Origin: Phallusia mammillata
Lineage: Eukaryota
Assembly: GCA_965637545.1 (NCBI GenBank)
Contig: OZ281499.1
Coordinates: forward strand, 16,182,001 to 16,246,000
Length of the DNA stretch: 64,000 bases
Reading direction: 5' to 3'
Under the pieces are notes generated by a model. The model saw only the letters and a list, made by a program, of their open reading frames with translations, ran no database searches and was not told where the DNA came from. Shown piece after piece: positions 46,901-56,652 of this stretch (position 1 is the stretch's first letter; every line of letters starts with the position of its first letter). The position numbers and the translations under genes are program-made.

Positions 46901-49875
46901 AAATAGAATGATTAACGAATAAATGAAACAAGCATTTATAGCTTGGATAATTGGCAATTTACATAGCACACACGAATAGTAATCACCACAAGCAAAATAG
47001 TAATGAATGCGGTACAATTAACGAATCACGTGACTGTGGAATGCGCGTACGCGATTACTGCCTGAAGGACAGTACATGAAGCGGAACCACAACAATTTAC
47101 ATGTAAATTTTATGTATATTTATATTTTTTAAAGATTATGTATCTTTCGTGCCCAATTTGGGCTTTATTTAAAAACATTCGGTTTGGGTGTTGTGGGCTT
47201 GTCATTTTGGGTTTTGACTAGAGATGTACCGAATATTCGGTTTGCCGAATTTATTCGGCCGAATCGCTCATTTGTGCAAAGATTCGGTTTCGGCCGAATA
47301 ATTTGTTGCGATCCGGCCGAAACCGAATCTTTTACGAACACAAATTTGAAGCGTAAAACGTGTCTTTGCTGCTTATTAAGCTCCACGCAATCTTTCACAA
47401 GCCCAAACATAACGAAAATCGCGTCGATTTTTACCTTTTTCAACACATTGTCGTTTTTCCCACTGTAGTCAAAAAAATTAGTAATTCATTGGCAGGTTGC
47501 CAATCATTCTTGAGGCAATTGTGAACCTCACAGAACTTAAATGAGGACGAAACAGAACTATTCTGCACTAATTGCCTGGTAGATAAACATTTTTTCATGT
47601 CAAACCCGTAGCGTACGACTTCGCGTGACGTCATAAATGATTCGGTTGATTCGGCCGAATTTATTCGGCAAAACCGCCGAATATTCGGTTTCGGCCGAAT
47701 CGAAATTTAGCCGATTCGGTACATCACTAGTTTTGACCCTAATTTTTGACCCGCTTGCAAATCTAACATAGCATTCTAATTCCCATTGGCGGTGATAAAA
47801 ACCTCGCCTAGACTTTATCAATAAATGGCCTTGTTGCATTTATAGGCGTCGCAATGTAGTCAATGCATTCTTCTTTTGTTCGTCAGTTATCAAATTCTGT
47901 TGAGAAATGGATTGATCATTATCGGCTTACCAAACGATCTGTACTGCTCTACATAACTGGTGGAAGAGATATCAAGTTTCGACTGACTTCAACAGATGAT
48001 CAATATTTTCCTGATTTTCCAGTCAGCGTTTATCCTGCAGCACATCCAGGTAGCACAATTTATCCAATAACTGAGTTTCAAGACTTTTGTGCAAATTATA
48101 GTAGAGATTTAAACCAGCAATATATGGCAAGTACAAGATTTTTGGTTATTCACTTTTCCAATTAGCCAATTTTTTTCTTGCGATTATTCGGAGTTTTAGT
48201 TTATTCGAAATGCGATTAACCAGAATAGTTCGTATTTCACATTAAACAGCTTTGAAACCCTTTTTTGTTTAGAACAACGTTGTACGACTTTCTACCATCT
48301 CCGTGAATCGTCCCTTAGTCTTTTGTGCTCCACCGATGACGTCACAAGTACGTCATCCAGTGACGTGTGCGCATGTGCAGCAGGGAGCGCGTGTCCCAAG
48401 TTCCTGAGCAAGAAAGACTCGGCTGCACTGAGTGGAAACAACAGAAAGATTGCCACATGTGATGCCGCGACTGTTTATGGTAGATTTCTTAATCGTTATT
48501 TTTAAATAATTTATGTAACTTTTAATTTAACAATATAAAGACTTTCACTCGAAAGATATTTTACAGGCAAATTTATAAGAACCCCCAATATAGCCATTTT
48601 TGACATTACTTACAACCGGGGTTGGCATGTTGTTTAAATAAAGTTACACAACGTCTTAAATATTTTGATTTTCTCTATTTGGGCCTGCGTCCTTATTTGT
48701 CATAGTAACAACAACTAGGCATTTTATTATTTTACCGTGGATTATAAATGCCCGCTCTCATTCTGAACACAAAGACTTTTTTTAGCTACATTAACACAGT
48801 AAAGTAGCTAGTTTAGATGACAAGGCCAGTTTTAAGTTGAGTAATTATTTTATTTATTGTATCAACTCTCCGAAAAATCCGTTTGATAGAAAAATCACAA
48901 TACGTTAGAAGAATCACCCGTCATCATTAGGTTTAGGTTAGGTCGAATTATGATCATAACCAGTCAGCCAACTGTCTTTAAAATGCGATATATATATATA
49001 TTAAATATGTTTCGGAATTAATATATTAGATCGATGGCAGTCCTGCTTATAGCCAAAAAACTACTTCTAGTTTACACACAAAGTACATTTGGATACTAAC
49101 TACTCGCAAAGGTGAAACAATGCGTAACAACCTCTAGCACGTTTTGCATACACTACTAAATTTAAATCTTAAAACTGAAAAAAACATGCTTTTGTCCACA
49201 GCGTACAGAATAAGAGTGGTAACCGAACCAGTTGACGAGGGAAAATGGATTAAGTTTGATGGCAATATTCGCAACAACTTTAAAAGCACCGGAGTTACTG
49301 ACATCAGAATTAATGAAAACCACACGTTTTGGGTAAAAGGCGAATGTGACGAAGGTACAAAATTCAGGCGGAACCGTGAATATCACGTGACTGGGAAGAC
49401 GGTGGTACAGGGCACTGACGGGTGAGTAAATGGATTCGTACGTTAACGTGTATGAATATAGCTGGATTGGTTGTAGGGTAAGCGTTTTCAGGGTGTATAT
49501 CATGAAACACCACATTATTTGCCGTAGTTTATTGTGGTAAAACTGATTTTTTTAACTTTGAAACACTATATATGGATCTGTTTATAAGTTTAATGATAAA
49601 ATTAACGGCCCAAATAGACGTAAAAAAGCGACATGCTTTTTTTTTAAACGTTTCGGCAAATGCTCATGCCATCATTGAATTGTTTATTATTTTTTGATTT
49701 GTGAATTCATGCTTTGGCTAATAAAAATTATTATGGCAGGGTCTACAAACACCTGCTTGATCATGAAGCCAGGATCGAATGGTGGCCAAAGGACAGGGAT
49801 TGTGGAAGTTGTCCAGAACCGAAACGATCTATTTGGAACTCTTTGGATTTTTACACACATATTATGCCATGTTAA
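19910..49875 (+). CDS. C3: complement C3/C4/C5-family protein lacking the thioester (C5-like features), 38 exons, 1898 aa
   Basis: All junctions GT-AG and in phase, total 5697 nt. Exons: 19910-19965, 22512-22659, 22839-23118, 23793-23863, 24726-24868, 25741-25881, 26284-26437, 26887-27081, 27411-27524, 28285-28425, 28844-28954, 29365-29521, 29886-30004, 30744-30954, 31316-31444, 31654-31867, 32095-32229, 33104-33206, 33596-33745, 34051-34212, 34680-34913, 35219-35331, 35575-35711, 36134-36261, 36814-36938, 37087-37261, 37784-37893, 38261-38348, 38741-38902, 39634-39757, 40130-40278, 40656-40802, 41502-41661, 41975-42159, 47887-48049, 48273-48479, 49202-49421, 49740-49875. Landmarks: signal peptide MKTSNVLCLVTALFMSAKG, IFIQTDRTVYRPGDTV, FFVQDYTLPTFDV, YYKPGLTF, VGLTGVDVA, beta/alpha KRRRKR, anaphylatoxin CC-C-C-CC, RRDFDETW, LPHSITSW, WLTSVTLRL, VEATAYQL, CTTFYH, anchor Cys cluster, C345C ending WWPKDRDCGSC...MPC*. 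The symbol denotes the family; orthology to C3 versus C5 is unresolved. Confidence 0.9.
20776..21278 (-). mobile_element. hAT MITE, family B, copy 2 (intron 1 of the C3-like gene)
   Basis: Reverse complement of 17876-18400 with a few substitutions and a 22-bp deletion between short CGCGGGCCGGAT repeats. 8-bp TSD GTCTTGTA at 20768-20775 and 21279-21286. Confidence 0.95.
21870..22395. mobile_element. hAT (Buster/Charlie-like) MITE
   Basis: TIRs CAGCGGTTCTCAACC / GGTTGAGAACCACTG, GGGCCA(C/T) subterminal motifs. 8-bp TSD GTCTAAGT at 21862-21869 and 22396-22403. Confidence 0.92.
23131..23471. mobile_element. hAT (Buster/Charlie-like) MITE
   Basis: TIRs CAGTGGTTCCCAACC / GGTTGGGAACCACTG. 8-bp TSD GCTTAGTC at 23123-23130 and 23472-23479. 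Inserted 12 bp after the exon-3 donor. Confidence 0.92.
24396..24575 (+). mobile_element. short hAT MITE, family A copy
   Basis: CAGTGGTGGGATTCA...TGAATCTCACCACTG, homologous to 3583-3741. No matching TSD visible. Confidence 0.8.
27952..28042 (+). mobile_element. truncated 3' end of the TAGAGATG/TAGTGATG-TIR MITE family
   Basis: Similar to 47640-47729 (ATTCGGTTGATTCGG...TTATTCGGCAAAAC...GCATCACTA). Confidence 0.6.
29025..29067. repeat. 16-bp tandem repeat (~2.7 copies)
   Basis: GTTTTGAAACGGAATT repeated at 29025, 29041 and 29057. Confidence 0.85.
31016..31231. mobile_element. tRNA-derived SINE-like element with its 5' part inverted
   Basis: Flanked by 14-bp direct repeats TATTTGGAATTCTA (31002-31015, 31232-31245). 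The first half is the reverse complement of 32300-32405 and the second half is colinear with 32410-32492. Confidence 0.7.
32270..32492 (+). mobile_element. tRNA-derived SINE-like element
   Basis: Pol III B-box GGTTCGAATCC at ~32306, followed by a body and tail shared with 31016-31231. Confidence 0.65.
34421..34506. repeat. 32-bp tandem repeat (~2.7 copies)
   Basis: GGTAATTAAAACTTTAAAATGGCCAAACTACT at 34421, 34453 and (partial) 34485. Confidence 0.9.
38979..39160 (+). mobile_element. short hAT MITE, family A copy
   Basis: CAGTGGTGAGATTCAGCCGGTT...TGAATCCCACCTCTG, homologous to 3583-3741 and 24396-24575. Confidence 0.8.
42366..42417 (+). ncRNA. minimal type I hammerhead ribozyme (Penelope-like-element style)
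   Basis: Stem I 5' AGCTACA; core CTGATGA (42373-79); stem II GACC-ttata-GGTC; GAAA (42393-96); stem III CAGTG-tg-CACTG; GUC cleavage triplet ending at C42410; stem I 3' TGCGGCT (5 Watson-Crick pairs, 1 G-U, 1 mismatch). Confidence 0.8.
42450..42678 (-). repeat. 3' LTR of the Gypsy element
   Basis: TGTTGTATTTC...CCACAACA. On the minus strand it is preceded by the PPT GAAGGGGAGG (42679-42688). Confidence 0.95.
42712..46812 (-). CDS. Gypsy gag-pol polyprotein (Gag with 2 CCHC knuckles, protease, RT, RNase H, integrase), 1366 aa
   Basis: CYRCGKPDHLAPDC and CKFCKRIGHLEIVC knuckles; protease LEIDTAT; RT KIDLADAY...LPFG...YLDDLLV; RNase H CDASNVGIGAVL; integrase HQGHFG..CHKCQTC, HIDHA, VSDNA, NGAAER. 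The order PR-RT-RH-IN is Ty3/Gypsy. No stops. Confidence 0.97.
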   Translation of the reverse strand: MVSKIVLSKMEKIAKLMQEQLQEQQRRHDEQMKLILALVEKAGSSQNAAPSVATPSFASFDSTSELWDDYWSRFTTFIQAHAVPETRMAQVFLTNQTPVTYKLLSNLAGQSSPVKTVNDLSIKEIEGFMKEQFDPKRFVIRERFKFWSNMQRKPGETVQELAARIRHDAGTCDFPSIKDPLDEALRTRFICSIGNEAVLKAIFKINADELTFTRAIEVAMQTEDAAKVAKETVYGTRGSVHKVRDAKKGFNTSTPTIDKFRKNTTCYRCGKPDHLAPDCRYKRATCKFCKRIGHLEIVCRKKQASVLPVQHVNSLLSMKPEADISPKLEVTVNINGKACLLEIDTATSGNFISVNFWKKIGKPSLKETNQRFNSATEHLVPILGAFEAEVKHRTTTCSLTMFVSEMPHLNLLGRCGIEALRISLDKLLYRTDDKVNVLSDASNQADASLQRACKKLCEEYPDLFKEDLGCLKDFALEVKFTKDVKPVFCKPRPVPFALQDDVNQAYDAGIAKGIWTPAKFNEWGTPVVPIRKTPLPAQSKAKIRVCGDYSVTVNPQLSTHRHPLPLPEDLMRKLRGGYGFTKIDLADAYNQIRLGPESRKRLAISTHRGVLLQNVLPFGITSAPGYFQSIMEEITSDLQGVTVYLDDLLVSGSTAEEHVYNLRQLLQRLNDKGLRCRLEKCKFALPQVEYLGHILSKDGISKGSKVDAVINMSSPKDVSNLRSFLGSVQFYSKFLPSQFSSVAEPLYRLTRSNIAWEWGPNEQAAFCKMKELLSADTVLTHFDPTLPIGISCDASNVGIGAVLFHRYQDGSERPIANVSKSLTKSQRNYSQIQKEALAIIFALKKFYQYIYGRKFILLTDHKPLLALFCPNKATPALAANRLARWALFLGQFQYAIEYRKTSQHQNADALSRLPVGEDADFDREESAHDTDTVCAITSLSLQVQPTDSALLRKESGKDPTLSKVMRFTREGWPSTIAYNDPVAKFRKVMDSLSTSYGCLLYGSRLVIPESLCSAVLQILHQGHFGIQRMKQLARTAVYWPNIDDDITVLCHKCQTCAEHQNAPPKAPVHPWMMPEKPWSRLHIDHAVNFLGSNWLVMIDAHSKYPCIHQTQSMSSRTTMELLEQDFAHFGYPHTIVSDNAQAFMSAEFQDFCKQRGIVHLTGAPYFPATNGAAERLVQTFKKALKKSSKPPKEALQEFLLQYRRIPNASGFSPSELLNGRQIRAKIDTLLPSPAHLMQRKQVQATRKPVNITSFNIGDPCYALYLGPRRTEDARWVPATIIKLCGSRTFHVKVLPRGPNWRRHIDQLRARYASDEDLEPGAEESIPQAPTAGADSDMPLNRSSPSFGPDNPRRTKRSRKPPERFHF
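46840..46857 (-). promoter_or_regulatory. primer-binding site complementary to the tRNA-Ser(GCU) 3' end
   Basis: Minus strand TGGCGACGAGGACGGGAT. The plus strand ATCCCGTCCTCGTCGCCA matches the known ...ATCCC(A/G)TCCTCGTCG-CCA end of animal tRNA-Ser(GCU). Confidence 0.8.
46866..47094 (-). repeat. 5' LTR of the Gypsy element
   Basis: Identical by eye to 42450-42678. Confidence 0.95.
47219..47729. mobile_element. hAT (Ac-type TSD) MITE with (ATT)CGG/CCGAAT subterminal repeats
   Basis: TIRs TAGAGATGTACCGAAT / ATTCGGTACATCACTA. 8-bp TSD GTTTTGAC at 47211-47218 and 47730-47737. Confidence 0.92.
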
Positions 49876-52747
49876 GCTTTTATATCAGTTGTTTTTTATA
49901 CTTGCTTGTTTTTTCCGCGAAACGGGTTTGTTAACTATCTTTGTGCACTCGTTCTTGTGACGCATTTGAAAGTTTGTTCAAAACTCGGAAACTATCTTGG
50001 ACATGAATCGCTTACAATGTTAGGAAGCAAAATAAGTCATTACTCCAGACCCAGTAGGAAGATGTTTTAATGTTCTTTTTTAATGCGCATTGATTTTCGA
50101 ACCTTCTTTGTCTGTAACAATATATTTTCATACCACATCGTTCGCTCTAAAACACATAATTGTTGTGACAATTTTTTTGTAGCAAAACTTTGCTTCAAAA
50201 ATATGCGGTAAAAGAGAAAAACGACCAAACACAAAGTTTTTCAGTGTATTTGAATTTTTTTAATTCGCATTGATTTCTGCACGTTCTTGCCTGCAATAAT
50301 ATGTTTTCGAAGTACATCTTTGCTTTACAAACACGAAATTCTTGTCACAAATTTATAGCAAAACTTCAAAATATTTAACCATTTGTGGTAAAAGGTAAAT
50401 AACAACCAAACACCAAGATTTTAACAAACTTATGTACTGTTTTTATACTGCTTGGTCATGCAGGAGTTTCAATATTTTGTTGTAAATTCTTGACGGTTTT
50501 TGCAATTTGAAATCGAAGTCAAAAGACTATGTAAATTATCAAAAATAGACAGCGCTATCACCTTCTTAGATTTTAGTAAGTTGCGTAACAGGTTTAACTT
50601 GGTGGTTTGCTACAATCACCAATCGGTTATTCATAAATCAAGTACCTGATTCGAAATCTTAATCATTCAGAAAAGTCATGCAATAGGAGAAAACATGTTT
50701 TAAGGTTCTACGAAAATCCGTTAATTCAGTCATTATTCACCGTTTTAAAGTAATTAACCAAATTACTTATCTAATCCGGCACCTAATCGATTACAAGGAC
50801 TTTCTGTGTCTTGACCACGATAAAGTTTTTCCATTAAAGATGGTTCACCGTAATTTTCCGAACTATGGTTTTTACAAATATTTATTTCAACAAAACTAAC
50901 GTTCGATTATGGTTATTGGAGAAACTTAAATCCATGAATGCGAAAATATTTAATTAGTAGTTTACCTCAGCTAAGGTTTGATAAAGAGGGGTATAGTGTG
51001 ATTTAATACATAATTGGGACAGAATTGGTTAAAAACATGCTTTGTTTGCAGTTTGACACAACACCGACATACATTAATTTATAGACCAACCATTGCTATT
51101 TTGCAAATTATGCAAAATTTGATTTCTCTAAAACGGAGGTATTTCGTCATTTTTATAAGCATTTACCAACCAAGCCCATACCACTTTTGATGCTATATTT
51201 ATCTACTAATGACGCAATAATTGTACTAGACTGTGGTCTGTGAAAGTTATCAAGCGGGATTAGGTTACTGAAACGCCAAGTGCATCTACTTGAACACATG
51301 TCAGACCTTTTACCAATCGGCTGTTCTTTTCCCATAGTAGTTTTCACTCAAGATGGCGTAATTTCTAAAAATCGTGTGCAAATTTGTCTTGATCCTAAAT
51401 GCATTACCAGTGCTAAGGAAGCAATGTACAACTATGTCTACAGATTTTGCTTGTCTCGAATTTTAGCGATCGATTGTCAGTGATATGTTTCAGTTATCAT
51501 TTTTAACGTAAAAATGCACAAGAATTTGCCTATCATATTAACGTGTGCTAAAATCTAAAAATCCATCTAAACTTTTAGCCGAATTTAATAGCGATTTTTT
51601 GTGTTGCTCTTTAACGTTCTTAGGGATTATGCTTCGGTTTCAGAAAGCCATGACCTTAGTCGTATCAGTTTGCAAGATTAGATTCTCGATGCGGACGTGC
51701 AGCCGCGAACTTGTGCTGTGTCAGAAAGATACCCAACATGTCAAAGTGTAGAAGCTTGTGGTACAACCTTTGGCGCCGGCGGCTACATAGGGCCACGAGG
51801 CTTGATGATAGCGAAATAGCCGAACCGACGGTGGGAGATTACAAAATTAAATCAAACTAACGTTTACGTAACATGCCAAAAGCGTTGCTTAATGGTGATA
51901 TATATTTTACCTCTTTTGTAACAGTTTTTTTTTGAACTGGTTTTAGGGCAAAAACTTTGCAGAGGTAATTAAACTGTTACTGCTGTACTGCAATCTTGAT
52001 GGATTGCTGTGGGGCTTTTTAAACCAAAGAGCGAAAAATAGGCGGCTTCTACTAGTATGATTAATTGATTGTTGACTTAGCATTGGCTTTAGCACGGAAA
52101 TCGTCGTGAGCCTCTTTATGCACAAATTTTGTTGTTTGGAAAATTATGCATAAAAAGTTTAACAAGGAAAATTTTGCATCTTTCTGCAACTGAGTCTGTT
52201 TCTCTGCATAAAACATTGGCAGCGAAAATGTAATTTTCTAAACAACTTTACGGCGGTCAGTTTATTGGTTTAAAACTTTAGATACGTTATTTTGCGATAC
52301 ATGGACATTGAGAAAATCGAACAAGGGAATTACAATTTTAAACATATAATCTTCTTGATTTAAATGGAATCAATGTTAAACTTGTGCCATTTATGATATC
52401 CGGTTTACGTGACTTTTAACACGTTTCGCTTTAACTGTTTCTTTGAAGTAGCGCAGATTTATTTCGTAATCCCGCAGCCAGAATCTGATTTAGATTAGCC
52501 GGTGTGGGTGGCAGGCAGGCAGACAGATTTGACGTCTATATTGATACCAAGCAAATTATGGTTCTGACAGCCGTAATCACTGTCGCTTCGCCGCCTTTGC
52601 GGTTTCAGTCAAACCTTCTATTTAGGGAACCAAAATTGAAAGGCACGCGACGGGAATACATTAAAATAGACAAGTTGTTCTCATGGCCACAAAGCATTTA
52701 AATAAGTTTACCATAAAATTTATTGACAGTACCCTTTGTTAAAGATT

Positions 52748-52794
52748 TCACTGTGGGTATGAGCCTCCTAGACTGAGGCTCATACCCACAGTGA
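52748..52794. repeat. perfect 20-bp inverted repeat with 7-nt loop
   Basis: TCACTGTGGGTATGAGCCTC-ctagact-GAGGCTCATACCCACAGTGA. Confidence 0.9.
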
Positions 52795-55700
52795 GGTTTC
52801 GTTAAGTTAACCGCATTTCGACATGAAGAGTTCTTGCATATACACTGCTGTAATAACAAAGCTATAGAACGCAAATCTGACTGTCAGAATGAATGATGTT
52901 TTCCGGTAACAAAACTCCGTACTTTTACCAAACTAAAGGTGAATTGGATTAACTGAATTAGGGGGCGGGCAAATTCCCTGCCTTCAAAGGTATCATCAAG
53001 CCTTTGCTATGAGCGTTTTTCAAAAATCGGAGCAGACAAAAATGTATGGAAATGCTTATTTGTTTGGTTAGATATTTCCAAGAGGTGTTTTTGACACAAG
53101 CATTTTTTTTTCTTTTTTTCATTGGCGCCTGAATGCAAGATGGTATTTCGTTACGCCCGTTACCCAATTATTTCGGCAAAGTTCAATTGAGTTTACCTAT
53201 TTTTGGGTCTATAAAAACAAAACCTAAAAACCACAGTCCGTTTAATCATATTTCAAACGTTGTATACCCTTCCGCAAATCTTTGTACAAAGTGCGCGCTA
53301 TTGTGAAAAATGTATTTGCTTTCCAAACATTCTTATGAGATACGTGACCCGATGCACTGTACCCATGACGTCATGTTCCACGAATTAGCCTGGCCTAGTT
53401 CATGAGGAGTTGTTCTGTTACCGGTGTGGCTGTATGCGAACGTGTTTTACATTTTGCAGCCGGGTTACCAAGCGTAGTGCGCGTGACAAATTATGAATCG
53501 GCCAACAAGGCGTACAATAGAAGACTGATTTATTTGATATGATGTGAAACGCTTGGTTGGGTTGTATCAGCCAGCCTATCCATTAAACACAATGTCATTC
53601 TGTATGATATCCAAGCGGAACTGTTTGTGGTATGTGAGAGTTCATGGACCAAACTACGTGCTGTGATATGTGTAACACGCTTAGATACTATTTATCACAG
53701 TGCTACGACGTAACGACAGATTAGTCATACTAACTGATTACTTGGTTGTTTTTGATTTTGGGAAAAATATGTTTATTTGTCGACGGACGATACGCCAGGT
53801 TTCCACGAATTTGTTTACAATAAACTATTTATTCTTTAAAAAATGGGGGTGCTTAGTTTTCAAGTACTTGGGTGCTCGACCCCGTGCATTACGGTAAACA
53901 ACAAACGTTCTTTTCCTGAACAGTCTAACTATTATGAGATTGTCAATGGGTTTAGTCAAATTCAGTAGACGTTAAGAGATTTTTCGATTCGTTCGGTTTC
54001 AGCCTGAATGTTTTTGAGGCAGTTTTTTAGTGCATCACTTCGATACGTACATTATTATGAGTCCGTTTAAGGTTTGGGCGACGTTCGGGCTTCAGTTTGC
54101 ATAACATTCACTTTATTCGGGCCTATTTTCACATTTTGCCTCATTGGACTCGTAATTTAAATTTGGAAAAATTAACTTTCGGGCATAATTCGGAGTCATT
54201 TAAAAACCAATCGGGTATAGGCATTTTTCGCGCGTGTACGTTGCTGTTCATGTCCGGTTTAACCAATTTGGGACCCACTTTGTAGCTTTGATTGTGACAG
54301 CGAAAAATTCATGCAAAAGCACCAAACACGAAAGGTTTGATGCATACGTTGTCGAAATGTATAATACCTGTTTTAAATTTAAATAAGAAATTGCTAATTA
54401 CAACAAAAATGCAACGAACAAGTCGTAGAATTTACATGTACCGCAAAACTTTTGGATTCGGCTTAAGAAAAGTGTCAAGTGTTACTGAGTTGTAACGGAT
54501 ATGACACATTTAAAATTCTCCCATATGTAGAACAAAAAAGACTAAGTATTTTGCGATCGCAACGTTTTGAAGTGTTCGGTTTCCTAATTTTTTTAATGCT
54601 AACATGAAAAGGCCAATTTAGCTTGAAGTTACATACACCCACGTTGCACAAGGCCACCTTCGCCTTCGTCAAGTCTAATGCTAAAGCGATAATTGGCAGT
54701 CTAAAGTGTTTAGCATGTGCTGGTTCAAGAGCTACAGCCCTGAGTGACATTTTAAAGTGTTCTTGAGTGCTCAATGGTTTGGAACGTCGACTCTCCTTTG
54801 CAGCCGCCGCCGATCATTGACTTTGTCCTGTCGAAAACGTTAAGGTCGTTAGACAGAACTCTCTTTAAAATGTTGATTTACCCATCAGATGTGATGACCA
54901 GTTTTAGTGCCACCAAAGTATGTGGCTCGATTTTGTAGCGAATAAAATGTCGTTTAACGATTTGCCTTATATGGGCATTGGCTGGTTGATAATTTCCAAA
55001 TCGACCTTATGGCTTTTACTTGCTTTCAAAAATTTAAATTTGGGTTTAAACTTATCCCGGACTTAATTCTAAAGATTTTTTTGGTGGCTGATTACTCTTT
55101 AAATTCATATTTGAAACATCTATTCGAGTTGATATACTTTTGACACTAAAACCATTTTTTCAAAGATAGATACAAACCGGTAACTTTTTTGTCTGCAACA
55201 TTTAGAACAACTTTAGTGTTTGTTTTATTAATTTTCAAAGGTATCAAAAATGCGTTTATTGTCAGTTTTTTGTTCGCAAATATACATGAGAAAAAAATTC
55301 CCGAAGTCAGCAATAGAGAATAAAGGTACATTTTGCAGGTGCGACCACCAAGTCGAGAGTATCGTCATTCGGCGAATGAGGTGACGCGGTTAGATTGATG
55401 ATTGCGAAATAGCACTTACTCGTCACGCTTCACCTGTCCCAAGAATCTAAAGCTCTGAAAAAGTTGTCATTGGGCCTTTTGCTTGAGCGCTTCAAAGTCA
55501 ATTCAATTTGAGTCGGTAAAAGAAAGTCTATTTAAGCTCGGGCTTGTCTTGAGGCCAATGCCGCAGAATTCTGTCAGCGGACCGGCCTTGCTTGATAACC
55601 AGCAATTAAATCTCCCAGGCCTATCATTCACACAGAATCGGTGTTAGAAGAATGTTCCTTAGAAGCCTCTGAAAGACGTTTCTTAATACGGAACGCAAAT

Positions 55701-56575
55701 TTTTTTCGATTCAGTGAAATTACTTGCTATTCGCAAAACAGAGGAAGTCATTTTGGTTGGACAGTTGTGAGGCTCAGCTCAGAGTGCGAAACTTGAAGTT
55801 ATAAGTTGCACCGAAAACGTGTTCTGTCGTACGAAAAGTTAATGGCTTAGGTTTAAAAGATATAGATCGCGATTCTACGCCCATTTTTTGAATGTGCTAT
55901 TATAGGCGGGAATAAGTAAAGGGTACATGGTACTTTTTTGTTTTCACCAACAAAAGGTACAACGTGTAGGATTAATTTAACCTAGTTTCAAAGTACTCAA
56001 AAATGATCCAAAGACAATTTGTTACATCACAGACAAGACAAAAGTATTGTCTTCGTTATTGTGCGCAAACAAATGCATTTCATTAGTGATGGAAGAATAG
56101 AATACTGTGAATGAGGATATGAGAGATACTCTTTAATATACTCTTTAATACTGTTTGACTGTAAATGAGATTGTAGGTCTTGCTATCCCATGTGTACCTC
56201 ATGTGTTATTTTCAATCTTATCAGGCCCGCTGTTAAAAAAGTTGCGTGACCCCTGCCTAAACGCGTCGGCCCTTTTTAGTCTCAGCCGCGACTTAATGTT
56301 AGGCCCAGAATGTTGTTGGTCAAAACAAATGTGTGGTTACGAATGTCAATAAACGTTCTGAAAATCACTGCTGAAGCACTCGGTTGAGTTCTTTTCGTGT
56401 TTGCCCAGACGGTTATTTACTCCTCGCTGTACATGCTAGCAGAACTAAGTTACATGTGGTTTATGAGATAGTAAGATTTTGGCATTGCTGAGTCCTGATA
56501 TCACACTAATAGGTAAACTGTAATGCTGTGACAGAAATATGGAATGTACAGCGTGAGACAATAAGTTAGCACAGA

Positions 56576-56652
56576 ACATAAGTTCAGGTTTTAAATGTCA
56601 AAAAAGTTCAATCTGCGTACATAAGTTCAGGTTTTAAATGTCAAAAAAGTTC
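56576..56652. repeat. local tandem duplication (34-bp segment, period 43)
   Basis: ACATAAGTTCAGGTTTTAAATGTCAAAAAAGTTC at 56576 and 56619. Confidence 0.85.

Larger units (their letters stand above)
42450..47094 (-). mobile_element. full-length Ty3/Gypsy LTR retrotransposon (Mag-like), in intron 34 of the C3-like gene, antisense to the host
   Basis: Two 229-bp LTRs (42450-42678 and 46866-47094) that appear identical by eye, with TG...CA ends. 5-bp TSD ATTTA (42445-49, 47095-99). PBS, PPT and a single gag-pol ORF present. Confidence 0.97.

Noticed and set aside
11874-49875. Human KPTN lies near C5AR1/C5AR2, and here KPTN is near a C5-like gene
   Set aside because: Ligand versus receptor genes, a single coincidence; no synteny argument is possible from one window.
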